In this document: piece by piece, positions 8,158 to 17,159 of the stretch
Layout of the letters: each line of letters begins with the position of its first letter
How positions within the stretch are numbered: position 1 is the first letter of the stretch
From: Gaiella sp.
GTDB lineage: Bacteria > Actinomycetota > Thermoleophilia > Gaiellales > Gaiellaceae
Reading direction: 5' to 3'
NCBI GenBank assembly: GCA_036558885.1
Contig: DATBET010000059.1
Coordinates: 782 to 64,781 of the forward strand
Length of the DNA stretch: 64,000 bases
Translations under genes and position numbers: made by a program
The notes under the pieces: model-generated
Database searches by the model: none
Seen by the model: the letters and a program-made list of their open reading frames with translations, nothing else
Told to the model about the DNA's origin: nothing

Positions 8158-9611
8158 CGCGTCCGCGCGACGAGGCGGCCGAGGCGGCGCCGCTCCTCGG
8201 GGCTCGTGAAGCCGAGCAGCGCGAGCGCCACCGGGTAGAGGGCGCAGAGCGCGACGGCGCCAGGCAGGCCGACATCGAGCTCCTTGCCGAGCACGGCGAG
8301 CGCCACCGCGGCGAGAGCGGCAGTCGCGACCCGCCGCCACTGGTACGGCACCGGGTAGATCCGCTGCGACCACCACGCCATCCCGATCGCCATCGTCACG
8401 TACGCGGCGACGGTCGCCACGGCGGCGCCCATCATCCCGTACGGCGGGATCAGCGTGAGGTTCAGCACGACGTTGACGAGCGCCGCCGCGCCCGTCACGA
8501 TCCAGTTGAACTGCGTGCGGCGGATCCGCCCGACGCCGATCGCGACGACGATGTACGCGGCAAACGCGACCGACGCGAACGCGAGCGGGCCGACGACGCG
8601 GGACGACTCGGCGAAGCGCGCGGCCGCGAGCAGCTCGACGAGCCACGGCGCGAGCAGCGTCAGGCCGAGCGCCATCCACGCGGTGACCACGGTGAGGTAC
8701 GTGAGCACGTATGCGTAGGTGCGCTTGGCCTCGTCCTCGTCCCGGATCGAGAATGCGAAGGCAGGCCACGCCATGCGGAAGGCGGTGAGCAGCAGCACCA
8801 TCGACGACGCGACCCGCACGCCCACGGAGTAGAGGCCCGCCTCCGCGACGTCGGACAGCTTCACGAGGAAGAACCGGTCGCTGAAGTTCGTCACCCAGAG
8901 AAAGAGCGCGGTCGGCACGAGCGGGAGCCCGAAGCGGTTCATCTCACGCAGCAGGCTCCGGTCGAACTCGAGCCCGAGCTGCTCGCGCCGGAAGCCGAGC
9001 AGGGCGACGTAGACGATCAGCGTGCCGCTGAAGTTGCCGACGATCACCCCGATCGGGCCTTTCTCGAGCCAGACGACGAGGACGAGCGTCAGGGCGATCG
9101 TGATGAAGACGTTCGCGAGGCTCGCGCAGACGAAGGCGACCGAGCGCTCCTCGACCCGGAAGAGCGACGTCAGCTGCTCGTAGTTGACGGTCGCCCACAG
9201 CGCGACGCCCGCCGCGCGGACGAGGTTCGCCGCACTCGCCGTCCCGAAGAGGAAGTCGGAGACGGGTTCGGCGAAGACGAGGAGCAGCAGGAGTCCCAGC
9301 GTCCCCGCGCCCATCGTGAACCAGAACGACGTCCGCAGGACGGTCCGCCTCCCGGCGGCGTCGTCCGCGTCGAAGTAGAAGCGGAAGAACGCGCTCGAGA
9401 TGCCGGCCCGCAGGATGATGCCGAGCACCGTCGTGAGCGCGACGAGCGTCTCGATCTTCCCGTAGTCGGCCGGTGTGAGGTAGTGCGTGTAGACCGGCAG
9501 CAGGAGGATCGCGACGATCCGCGAGACGAGCCCGCCGATCCCGTAGATCAGCGAGTGACGGCCCAGGCGGCCGAGCTGCCCGCCGAGGCTCGTCGGCGTC
9601 GCCTCGCTCAT
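8154..9611 (-). CDS. Wzx-type oligosaccharide flippase
   Basis: MSEATPTSLGGQLGRLGRHSLIYGIGG...LLPVYTHYLTPADYG; DRFFL..AGLYS; LIPPYGMMGAAVAT. Confidence 0.88.
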   Translation of the reverse strand: MSEATPTSLGGQLGRLGRHSLIYGIGGLVSRIVAILLLPVYTHYLTPADYGKIETLVALTTVLGIILRAGISSAFFRFYFDADDAAGRRTVLRTSFWFTMGAGTLGLLLLLVFAEPVSDFLFGTASAANLVRAAGVALWATVNYEQLTSLFRVEERSVAFVCASLANVFITIALTLVLVVWLEKGPIGVIVGNFSGTLIVYVALLGFRREQLGLEFDRSLLREMNRFGLPLVPTALFLWVTNFSDRFFLVKLSDVAEAGLYSVGVRVASSMVLLLTAFRMAWPAFAFSIRDEDEAKRTYAYVLTYLTVVTAWMALGLTLLAPWLVELLAAARFAESSRVVGPLAFASVAFAAYIVVAIGVGRIRRTQFNWIVTGAAALVNVVLNLTLIPPYGMMGAAVATVAAYVTMAIGMAWWSQRIYPVPYQWRRVATAALAAVALAVLGKELDVGLPGAVALCALYPVALALLGFTSPEERRRLGRLVARTR

Positions 9612-10561
9612 CGCCGCAGCCCCTCGTAGAGCTCGACGAGCGTGTCGGTGACGCGCTCGACGTCGTGGACGCGCTCGGCATAGGCGCGCGACGCCTCGCC
9701 GACCCGCCGCCACTCGAGGGGCCCGCCGTGGACGAGCTCCCCGAGCCGCTCGCGCAGCGTCTCCGCCGTCACGTTCACGAGCGGGACCTCGATCCCGTAC
9801 GCCTCCTCGGTCCAGCGGCTGGCGTCGTCGTAGAGGAACGTGAGGACCGGCTTCCCGAGCGCCAGGCACTCGATCGCGAGCACGCCGTACCATCCGGCGT
9901 TCAGCTGGTCGACGACGATGTCCGCCTCGCGGTAGACGGCGAACGCCTCGTCGTGGCGGAGCCCCTCCACGATCCGCAGGTCGACGTCCAAGCCCTTGCA
10001 CGCCGCGACGACGTGCTCGGTCCCCTTTCGGCGGCGGGAGGACGGCGCGTGCACGACGACGGGGCGCCTGCGATCCCGCGGCGGGACCGGCGCGATCGTG
10101 GTCAGGTCGACTCCGGGCGGGATCACCGTCGCCTCCGGGACCCAGCGGGTCGCGTCCCAGCTGCCGACGATCTCCGCGCCCGCCTTCTTGCCGGCGGCGA
10201 GCTGCTCGGGCGTCTTCCCGCGGATGTCCGAGCCGAGGTAGTGCATCACGGAGCGCTTCCGGAGCGCCCGCAGGATCGGGTACTGGAGCGACTGCGGCAC
10301 GAGCGTCAGGCCGAACATGAAATGGAACACGTCCGTACGCGGGAGGAGCCCGGCGAGCGCGCGCCACTGCTTCGCCTGGCGGCGGACGAGGCCCGTGCCG
10401 AGGTCGAGCGAGCGGTCGGCCTCGGGATGGAGCGCGTACCGGTTGAACACGACGAGCGACGCGTCGATCCCGCGCCTGCGGAGCGCCTGGACGTTCGTCC
10501 ACGGCACGCCTGCAGTGTTGACGGGGCAGTGGACGACGCGGAGCGGACGGCGAGTGGTCAT
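9608..10561 (-). CDS. Glycosyltransferase family 4
   Basis: HAPS..RRKGT, ADIVVDQLNAGWYGVLAIECLALGKPV GT-B motifs. Confidence 0.85.
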   Translation of the reverse strand: MTTRRPLRVVHCPVNTAGVPWTNVQALRRRGIDASLVVFNRYALHPEADRSLDLGTGLVRRQAKQWRALAGLLPRTDVFHFMFGLTLVPQSLQYPILRALRKRSVMHYLGSDIRGKTPEQLAAGKKAGAEIVGSWDATRWVPEATVIPPGVDLTTIAPVPPRDRRRPVVVHAPSSRRRKGTEHVVAACKGLDVDLRIVEGLRHDEAFAVYREADIVVDQLNAGWYGVLAIECLALGKPVLTFLYDDASRWTEEAYGIEVPLVNVTAETLRERLGELVHGGPLEWRRVGEASRAYAERVHDVERVTDTLVELYEGLRR

Positions 10562-10609
10562 GGGCGATCGCGCATTGCGGTCCTTGCGAAACGTGGAGCG
10601 GGTCTCGTT

Positions 10610-10711
10610 GCGGCCGAAGGCCGGCTTCGCCGGCCGGGAGGCCAATTGAAGCGTGGAGTTGCCCGTCACGCGAAGGAGGGGGCCCGTGCGGGAACCATGG
10701 GTTCCCCCACG
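10610..10711 (-). repeat. Bipartite intergenic hairpin repeat, copy 1
   Basis: Minus strand: CGTGGGGGAACCCATGGTTCCCGCACGGGCCCCCTCCTTC, 26 nt spacer, TTGGCCTCCCGGCCGGCGAAGCCGGCCTTCGGCCGC; near-identical to 25093-25193. Confidence 0.85.
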
Positions 10712-10715
10712 CCGT

Positions 10716-11744
10716 TCAGTCCCACTCCACTTGATCGAAGTAGCGGAGGGCCTTGCGCCCCGGCCGCACGCGGCTCTGCAGCGCGGCGAGCTCCCCGTCG
10801 GAGATCTCCCCGAGCGCGCGCTTGACGCCGAGGTAGCGCAGGTTCAAGTCCTCCTGCCCGACGACGGTCGAGATCCGCGGGTTGATCTCGATCACGTGCT
10901 CGCCGACGAGCTGGATGTTGAAGAACCACTCGATCCCGAGCTCGGCGACGATCCGGTCGGAGATCTCCATCAGCTCGGGGTCCTCGAGGGTGACGAAGTA
11001 CATCGCGAGGCCCGCCCTGATCGCCTCGCGGGTCTTCGGATGCCCGAGCACGACGCGGCGGCCGTCCGCGATGCCGTCGATCGTGCGCTCGTCGCCGGTC
11101 GCGAGCTCCATCACGAGGAGGTCGGGACCGCCCTCGTCGGGCAGGAGCTCGACCGCTTCCTCCAGCCGCATGGCCACAGAGCCGGGGCGCTCGTTGAGGA
11201 GCTGGTGCGCGCGGTCGACGCTCGGGTCGAGCACCCGGAAGCCCCGCGAGCCGGACGAGAAGACCGGCTTGAAGCAGACGGGCCGGTCGGGGTAGCCGAG
11301 GTCGCGCGCGGCCAGGTCGACCTGCGTGGCTCCGCGGACGCGGTGGAACGCCGGCGCGGGCACCCCGAGACGGTGCAGGAGGGCATACGACTCGGCCTTG
11401 TCGTTCGAGCGCCGGATGGCGTCGGGCGGGGACACGAGCACCGGGACGTCGAACCGCTCGCGCTCCTCCGCGAGCGCCTGCAGGTCGAACGACGACTGCG
11501 GCAGGACGACGTCGACCGACTCGCGCTCGACGACTTCGAGGATCGCATCGACGAAGCCCGCCGCGGTGCCCGCCGGGACGAGGTGGAACGAGTCGCAGAG
11601 GTGGCGGCCGACGGAGCGCTCCGAGAGGTCGGTGCCGACGAGGTGCACCTCGCGCTCGCCGTTCTCGCGCAGCGCGCGGAGCAGCGCGGCCGTCCCCGGG
11701 GCGCCGGAGGCAGAGACGAGCACGGTGACCGGCCGCAGGCTCAA
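10716..11744 (-). CDS. ATP-grasp domain protein (polysaccharide-cluster, carbamoyl-phosphate-synthase-like type)
   Basis: NDKAESY, CFKPVFSSGSRGF, FFNIQ...IEINPRIS; TTG start overlapping the upstream TGA. Confidence 0.85.
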   Translation of the reverse strand: MSLRPVTVLVSASGAPGTAALLRALRENGEREVHLVGTDLSERSVGRHLCDSFHLVPAGTAAGFVDAILEVVERESVDVVLPQSSFDLQALAEERERFDVPVLVSPPDAIRRSNDKAESYALLHRLGVPAPAFHRVRGATQVDLAARDLGYPDRPVCFKPVFSSGSRGFRVLDPSVDRAHQLLNERPGSVAMRLEEAVELLPDEGGPDLLVMELATGDERTIDGIADGRRVVLGHPKTREAIRAGLAMYFVTLEDPELMEISDRIVAELGIEWFFNIQLVGEHVIEINPRISTVVGQEDLNLRYLGVKRALGEISDGELAALQSRVRPGRKALRYFDQVEWD

Positions 11745-11851
11745 CGCAGGAATGCAAGCAGGTCGGCGCGCACGGGCTCGAACCAGGCGATCCGCTCCTG
11801 GATGCGCGTGTCGCTGGCCGGGTTGCCGCCGCCGACCGGGACCCCGCTCAC
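11741..11851 (-). CDS. 36-aa small ORF bridging the deacetylase and ATP-grasp genes (small protein or gene remnant)
   Basis: GTG start overlaps the deacetylase stop (GTGA); stop overlaps the ATP-grasp TTG (TTGA); MSGVPVGGGNPASDTRIQERIAWFEPVRADLLAFLR. Confidence 0.45.
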   Translation of the reverse strand: MSGVPVGGGNPASDTRIQERIAWFEPVRADLLAFLR

Positions 11852-12489
11852 GTGAGGTCGATCCTGTCCTCGGCGAGAAGCGCGAGGCGGTGGGCGCGCT
11901 GCGCGTCGAGCATCGCGTGCATCGTCTCGGCCATCGACGAGCCGGGGTAGACCCAGATCTCGGGGTGGATCAGCACCTGGAGCCAGGGGAAGGCGCCGGA
12001 GCGGAGCTCCTCGTGGGGGCACCCCGAGCGCCAGCGGTGGTTCGAGTCCGAGCGGTACGTGGCGGGGCCGAAGTACGTCTCCTCCATTGCGTTCGCCGCC
12101 CCTTCGACCCGCGCGGTCATGTACTCCGGCTCCGGGTTGTGCCAGGCCATCACCGGGTCGAACCGCTCGTCGAGCTCGGCCTCCGGGTGGACCGCGTGGA
12201 GCCCGACCTGGTGGCCGAGCACACGGAGGCGCGCGATCGCCCTCTCCCCCTCACGGGAGGCAAGGTTGTAGAACACCGAGCGGGTCATCAGGAGGTACGT
12301 GGTAGTGGCGCCCTCCTCCGTTTCGAGCTCGGCCATCTCGAGCGCCGCCTCCAGCGAGAGGTCGACGTCGTGGCGGACGAGCAGGTCGCCGCGTGACGGC
12401 GGTGTCCCGAACGTCCCGAACCGATAGCCGCCCTCCCGGGCGGCACGCAGGAGCTCGCGGTAGTGCTCGAGGGTGAACGCGCAGCTCAC
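11848..12489 (-). CDS. Polysaccharide deacetylase-like (WbmS-type) protein
   Basis: FTLEHYRELL, LVRHDVD, GHQVGLH, YRSDS, LQVLIHPEIW motifs. Confidence 0.8.
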   Translation of the reverse strand: MSCAFTLEHYRELLRAAREGGYRFGTFGTPPSRGDLLVRHDVDLSLEAALEMAELETEEGATTTYLLMTRSVFYNLASREGERAIARLRVLGHQVGLHAVHPEAELDERFDPVMAWHNPEPEYMTARVEGAANAMEETYFGPATYRSDSNHRWRSGCPHEELRSGAFPWLQVLIHPEIWVYPGSSMAETMHAMLDAQRAHRLALLAEDRIDLT

Positions 12490-12493
12490 GGCG

Positions 12494-13702
12494 TCATTCG
12501 ACCTCGACGACGAGGAGCTCCGCGGCGCGGTCGGCGTTCGCCAGCGCCTCCAGTGTGGTGGGGCCGGTCGCGACGACGTAGCCGTGCCGGTCGTCCGCGT
12601 CGCGAAGCCGCCGCACGAGCGTGTCGGGCTCGAGATACGTCTCCGCCTCGACGACTCCCTCCGCCGAGAGGACCGGCCCGAGCGCGCCGACGCGGGTCAC
12701 GCGTCCGGCGGGCAGGTGTCCCGGGCCTGCGGTCAGAAAGCGAATCGCGACCGGCAGGGAGAAGCGCGGCAGTACCGCGTCGTCCGGCACCTCCTCGCCG
12801 AGCGCGAACCGGAGCGCGAGGTCGACGAGGTCGACGCCGACGGCGTGGCGGACGAGGTCGGGGAGGTGGCCGCCCGGCACGCACGCCCCGACGGCGACGA
12901 CCGAGACCTCCTCGTGGGACGTCGCGAGCAGCTGGACGACCGCGATCCCGTCGCGCAGCCGGAGCGCGGAGACGACGCGCTCCGCGGTTCGCTCTGCCGC
13001 CGCGAGCGGGTCGGAGTGGATGGCAGCCGGATGCACGTGCGCGGAGGCGACGCCGAAACCGGGCCCCTCGTGCCGCAGCCGGTCGACGAGGGTTACGGCC
13101 CGCGCCCGACCGCCGCGGGCGACGACGATCGCGTTCATCTCGGCGCCCGGCACGAAGGACTCCAGGATCGCCTCGTGGAGGCGGGACTCGGCGAGCGCGG
13201 CATGGAGATGCGACTCGAGGTCGCCGGGGTCGTCGACGCGGAAGAGGCCGCGCTGTGCCTCGGCGTCGACCGGCTTCAGCACCGCGGGGACCCCGACGGT
13301 CTCGAGGGCCGAGCGTCCCTCGGCGAGGTTGCGCACCGCGGCGAAGGCGGGCTGCGGCAGACCTTCCTCGGCCAGCGTGCGTCGCAGCGCGAGCTTGTGC
13401 GCGAATCGGTGCGCCGCCTCGGTCCCGATGGACGGCAGCCCGAGGCGCTCGGCCGCCGCCGCGACGACCGGCACGACGCGGTCGGAGGCAACCGTGAGGA
13501 GGCCGCCGACGCGGTGTCTGCGTGCGACCTCCTCGATCGCGGCTGCGTCCTCGACGTCCGCGACCTCTGCGACGTCGGCGTGCCGGAGGGCGACCGCCCG
13601 TGGGTCGGAGTCGACCGCGACGACGTGGTGCCCTCGCTCGCGCGCACGCACGATCGCGGGCCGCTGGTCGCGACCCGCCCCTACGAAGAGGAGTCCGGGC
13701 AC
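12494..13702 (-). CDS. ATP-grasp domain protein
   Basis: LLFVGAGRDQRPAI N-terminus; HKLALR..GLPQPAF, VLKPVD..AQRG, LESFVPGAE; C-terminal DRHGYVVATG. Confidence 0.85.
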   Translation of the reverse strand: MPGLLFVGAGRDQRPAIVRARERGHHVVAVDSDPRAVALRHADVAEVADVEDAAAIEEVARRHRVGGLLTVASDRVVPVVAAAAERLGLPSIGTEAAHRFAHKLALRRTLAEEGLPQPAFAAVRNLAEGRSALETVGVPAVLKPVDAEAQRGLFRVDDPGDLESHLHAALAESRLHEAILESFVPGAEMNAIVVARGGRARAVTLVDRLRHEGPGFGVASAHVHPAAIHSDPLAAAERTAERVVSALRLRDGIAVVQLLATSHEEVSVVAVGACVPGGHLPDLVRHAVGVDLVDLALRFALGEEVPDDAVLPRFSLPVAIRFLTAGPGHLPAGRVTRVGALGPVLSAEGVVEAETYLEPDTLVRRLRDADDRHGYVVATGPTTLEALANADRAAELLVVEVE

Positions 13703-13738
13703 GGCGCGATGCTAGACGCGCGTTCGAGGTGCGGGATG

Positions 13739-14473
13739 TCAGTCGCCCTCTTCGGGCTCCTGGATGCGGACGCCGAGCACCCCCGCGATCTCTGAGAGGT
13801 CGGCGACGAGGGCGGGCACATCGTTCGGGCCGGAGATCCGCATCGTCACCGAGACGAGCCCGAGCGCCTGCTCGTGATCCGGAACCTGTTCGGTCGTCAG
13901 CTCGGCGACCGTGTAGCCCCGACCGGTGCAACGCGACATGACCTGGTGGAGGATCCCCGCCTGGTCTCGGTACGTGATCCGCAAGACGGACCGGTCGATC
14001 GTCCCCGAAAGCCTCTCCAGGCGCGGGACGAGTGGCGTGAACCCGTAGACGACGAGGAAGTGCGCCCCTGTGACGAGGCAGGCGAGGATCGGCAGCCCGG
14101 CGCCCGCAGCCATGCCGACGCCCGCCGTCAGCCAGATCGTGGCGGCCGTCGTCAGCCCCCGCACGGCGTCGCGCCGCACGAAGATCAACCCGCCGCCGAT
14201 GAACCCGATCCCCGAGACGATCTGCGCCGCGACCCGCGACGGGTCGAGGATGACCCGCTGGGAGAGGACGTCCGTGAACCCGTACTTCGAGACGAGCATG
14301 ATCAGAGCCGATGCGACCCCGACCAGCGCGTGCGTGCGCAGCCCTGCGCTGCGCTGGCGAATCTCACGCTCGAGGCCGATCAGCGACGAGAGGACGAACG
14401 CGAGCGCGAGGTAGCCGACCTGTTCCCAGCCCTGTCCGGTCGGCTCCCCGAAGCTGGCGATCAGCGCGCGCAT
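13739..14473 (-). CDS. mgtC: MgtC/SapB family membrane protein with C-terminal ACT-like domain
   Basis: IGLERE..AGLRTHALVG, DPSRVAAQIVSGIGFIGGG, GLTTAATIW; start at 14473 or 14479. Confidence 0.88.
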   Translation of the reverse strand: MRALIASFGEPTGQGWEQVGYLALAFVLSSLIGLEREIRQRSAGLRTHALVGVASALIMLVSKYGFTDVLSQRVILDPSRVAAQIVSGIGFIGGGLIFVRRDAVRGLTTAATIWLTAGVGMAAGAGLPILACLVTGAHFLVVYGFTPLVPRLERLSGTIDRSVLRITYRDQAGILHQVMSRCTGRGYTVAELTTEQVPDHEQALGLVSVTMRISGPNDVPALVADLSEIAGVLGVRIQEPEEGD

Positions 14474-15117
14474 GGCCACCTAGTATCTCGCGCCGACGAC
14501 GCGCATCGCGCGTCGCGTTGGCGTGCGCGGCGAGCAGCGCTGCGGCGGTCGGTCGCTCGGCGTTCCGCATGGGCGCGGCGATGGCGCACCGCGACGGGGT
14601 GGGGGGGCCCCCATTGCCGCGCGACCGAGCCCGGAGAGGCGCGAGCTGCGCTCGGCACGATCTCGGCACAGTCCCGTATCCCATTCGTGCGTGATTCGCC
14701 GTTAGGCTGGACCCGTGGGGAGGAGGTCGGTGGCCCGATAGAAAGTGGCGTTCTGGCAGAGGTGGAGGGGGCTCGAGCGAACGAGTAGCGCCAATCGGTC
14801 GACCGCGGAGCTCCAACAGGCACGCACAAGAGTGGGCGCAGCAATCCGCCGTCGGGCAGGTTGCGCAGGGCCCGACCGGCACGCGCACGACGTAGCGCGA
14901 TGCCCGACTGCCGCCGAGCTCGAGCGCGGATCCCGACAGCGCAGGGCTCGTCCCGCCGAGCCCGCGCGAACGGCCGTGGCGAACCTGGCGGCGCCGAGGT
15001 CGGACACAGGAGGGCCCAATACGCGAGAGAACGCGGCGGCGAGGAACCCTTCGGGCAACCGCCGGCTGCCCAGGCGCGACGCGCAGGGTCGCCGGAGGGC
15101 TCGACTACGATCCCGGC

Positions 15118-16089
15118 GTGGCGCTGACGGGCAAGCGCATCGTGATCACGGGCGGGGCAGGCTTCATCGGCACTACGCTCGCGCGCCGCCTCGTCGACGC
15201 GAACGAGGTGATCGCGGTCGACAACCTCCACCGCGACGCGCTGTCGGGCACCGATCTGGAGACGCACCCGAACTTCCGGTTCGCGGAGGGGGACGTGCTC
15301 GACCCGGAACGGCTGACAGAGCTCTTCGCGGGCTGCACGCACGTCGTCCACGCGGCGGGCATCGCCGGCGTGGACACGGTGCTGACGAGCCCCGTGCGGA
15401 CGATGCGGGTCAACGTGATCGGCACCTACAACGCGCTCGAGGCTGCGCTCGCGACGAAGGAGACGGTCGAGCGAGTCGTCGAGTTCTCGACGAGCGAGGT
15501 GTTCGGGCAGTACGCGTTCAACGTCCAGGAGGCCCACGTCACGACGATCGGCTCGGTCGGCGAGGCACGCTGGACGTACGCCGTGTCGAAGCTCGCCGGC
15601 GAGCACATGGCGCACGCGTACCACGGCGAGCTGGGGCTTCCTGCGGTCTCGGTGCGCCCGTTCAACATCTACGGGCCCGGGCAGATCGGCGGCGGCGCGA
15701 TCCGCGCCTTCATCGAGGCGGCGCTCGGTGGGGACGATCTCGAGATCCGAGGGGACGGCTCGCAGATCAGGGCCTGGTGCTACGTGGACGACATGGTCGA
15801 GGCGGTGTTGCTCGCGCTCGAGCACCCGGCGGCCGTCGGCGAGAGCTTCAACATCGGCAACGCGCGCTCGGCGGTGACGATCTACGACCTCGCGACCAGG
15901 GTCAAGCGCCTCACCGGCTGCCCGGGCGAGCTCCGGTTCGTCCCGCTGCAGTACACGGACGTCGAGCTCCGCATCCCCAACGTCGCGAAGGCCCGGACGC
16001 TGCTCGGGTTCGAGGCCGAGGTCGAGCTCGACGAGGGGCTCGAGCGCACGATCGCCTGGTATCGCGCCCGGCTCGGCGCCGCGGCGTGA
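15118..16089 (+). CDS. NAD-dependent NDP-sugar epimerase/dehydratase (UDP-glucuronate decarboxylase/ArnA-C-like extended SDR)
   Basis: ITGGAGFIG, FSTSEVFG, RWTYAVSK, RPFNIYGP, GDGSQIR. Confidence 0.9.
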   Translation: MALTGKRIVITGGAGFIGTTLARRLVDANEVIAVDNLHRDALSGTDLETHPNFRFAEGDVLDPERLTELFAGCTHVVHAAGIAGVDTVLTSPVRTMRVNVIGTYNALEAALATKETVERVVEFSTSEVFGQYAFNVQEAHVTTIGSVGEARWTYAVSKLAGEHMAHAYHGELGLPAVSVRPFNIYGPGQIGGGAIRAFIEAALGGDDLEIRGDGSQIRAWCYVDDMVEAVLLALEHPAAVGESFNIGNARSAVTIYDLATRVKRLTGCPGELRFVPLQYTDVELRIPNVAKARTLLGFEAEVELDEGLERTIAWYRARLGAAA

Positions 16090-17159
16090 CCCGCGAGACC
16101 ATCAGGCTCGCCCGGCCCGACGTCGGCGCGGAGGAGCTCGCCGCGGTGGCTGAGGTGCTCGACAGCGGGCAGCTGACGATGGGCCCGTGGGTCGAGCGGT
16201 TCGAGCAGGCGCTGGCGCGGGCGGTCGGGACGGCCGACGCGGTCGCCGTCTCCTCCGGCACCGCGGCCCTCCACCTCGCGATGCTCGCGCTCGGGATCGG
16301 CGAGGGAGACGAGGTGATCGTCCCCGCCTACACATTTCCCGCCACCGCGAACGCGGTCGAGCTCTGCGGCGGGCGTGCGGTGCTCGTCGACGTCGACCCC
16401 GAGACGTTTCTCGCGCGGCCCGAGCTGGTCGCGGACGCGATCACTCCGCGCACGCGGGCCGTGCTCGCCGTCCACCTGTTCGGGCGGCCGCTCGAGTGGG
16501 AGGAGCTGCAGACCGCCGTCCCGCAGGACGTCGCTCTCGTCGAGGACGCGGCCGGCGCGCTCGGCGCGCGTTACCGCGGGACGCCGTGCGGCGCGCTCGG
16601 GCTGATGGCATGCCTCTCGTTCCACCCCCGCAAGATCGTCACGACCGGCGAGGGCGGCGCGGTGACGACGGACGAGGCGGAGCTCGCCTCCTCGGTACGA
16701 AGGCTCCGCCACCACGGCATCGCCGACGGCCCGACGACGGACATTCCGGCACCGGGGCTCAACTACCGCCTCGCCGATGTTCTCTGCGCCCTCGGTCTCC
16801 CACAGCTCGAACGGCTCGAAGCGCTCCACGCGGCGCGGTCGCGCGTCGCGGGTTGGTACGAGGAGCGGCTCGCGCATGCCGTCGGGGTGCCCGGCGCCAG
16901 CGAGGGAGACCGCCACGGGTGGCAGGCATACGTCGTCACGCTCGACCGCCGGGACGAGGCGCTCGCCGGCCTGCGGGCCGAGGGGATCGAGGCGCAGATC
17001 GGGACGTACGCGGTGAACACGCTCGCGGCGTATCGCGGGCGCGGCTCGTTCCCCGGCGCGGACGCCGCCTTCGCGCGCGCGCTCGCCCTGCCGTTCGCAG
17101 GGACGATGACCGAGGACGACGTCGACCACGTCGCGACCGCACTCGCGCACTACGCCTGA
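16086..17159 (+). CDS. DegT/DnrJ/EryC1/StrS family aminotransferase
   Basis: VSSGTAALHLA, GDEVIVPAYTFPATANAV, EDAAGALG, SFHPRKIVTTGEGG; GTGA coupling. Confidence 0.92.
   Translation: MTRETIRLARPDVGAEELAAVAEVLDSGQLTMGPWVERFEQALARAVGTADAVAVSSGTAALHLAMLALGIGEGDEVIVPAYTFPATANAVELCGGRAVLVDVDPETFLARPELVADAITPRTRAVLAVHLFGRPLEWEELQTAVPQDVALVEDAAGALGARYRGTPCGALGLMACLSFHPRKIVTTGEGGAVTTDEAELASSVRRLRHHGIADGPTTDIPAPGLNYRLADVLCALGLPQLERLEALHAARSRVAGWYEERLAHAVGVPGASEGDRHGWQAYVVTLDRRDEALAGLRAEGIEAQIGTYAVNTLAAYRGRGSFPGADAAFARALALPFAGTMTEDDVDHVATALAHYA

Noticed and set aside
14596-14612. G-run/C-run (GGGGTGGGGGGGCCCCC) as a phase-variable tract or G-quadruplex
   Set aside because: Short, not in a coding region or defined promoter spacer, and unremarkable at this GC content
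14699-14805. CGTTAGG and CGCCAATCGGTCGAC resemble parts of the M-box (ykoK) Mg2+ riboswitch near mgtC
   Set aside because: Wrong strand for mgtC, and the rest of the M-box core (GGTGAGGCT, TAAGG) is missing; probably chance
14745-17159. 804-aa ORF suggesting an N-terminally extended aminotransferase; similar long extensions on 44710-47754, 22854-26480, 52600-54441 and 8154-10502
   Set aside because: The extensions overlap real genes in other frames; true starts are the coupled or leaderless codons given in the features
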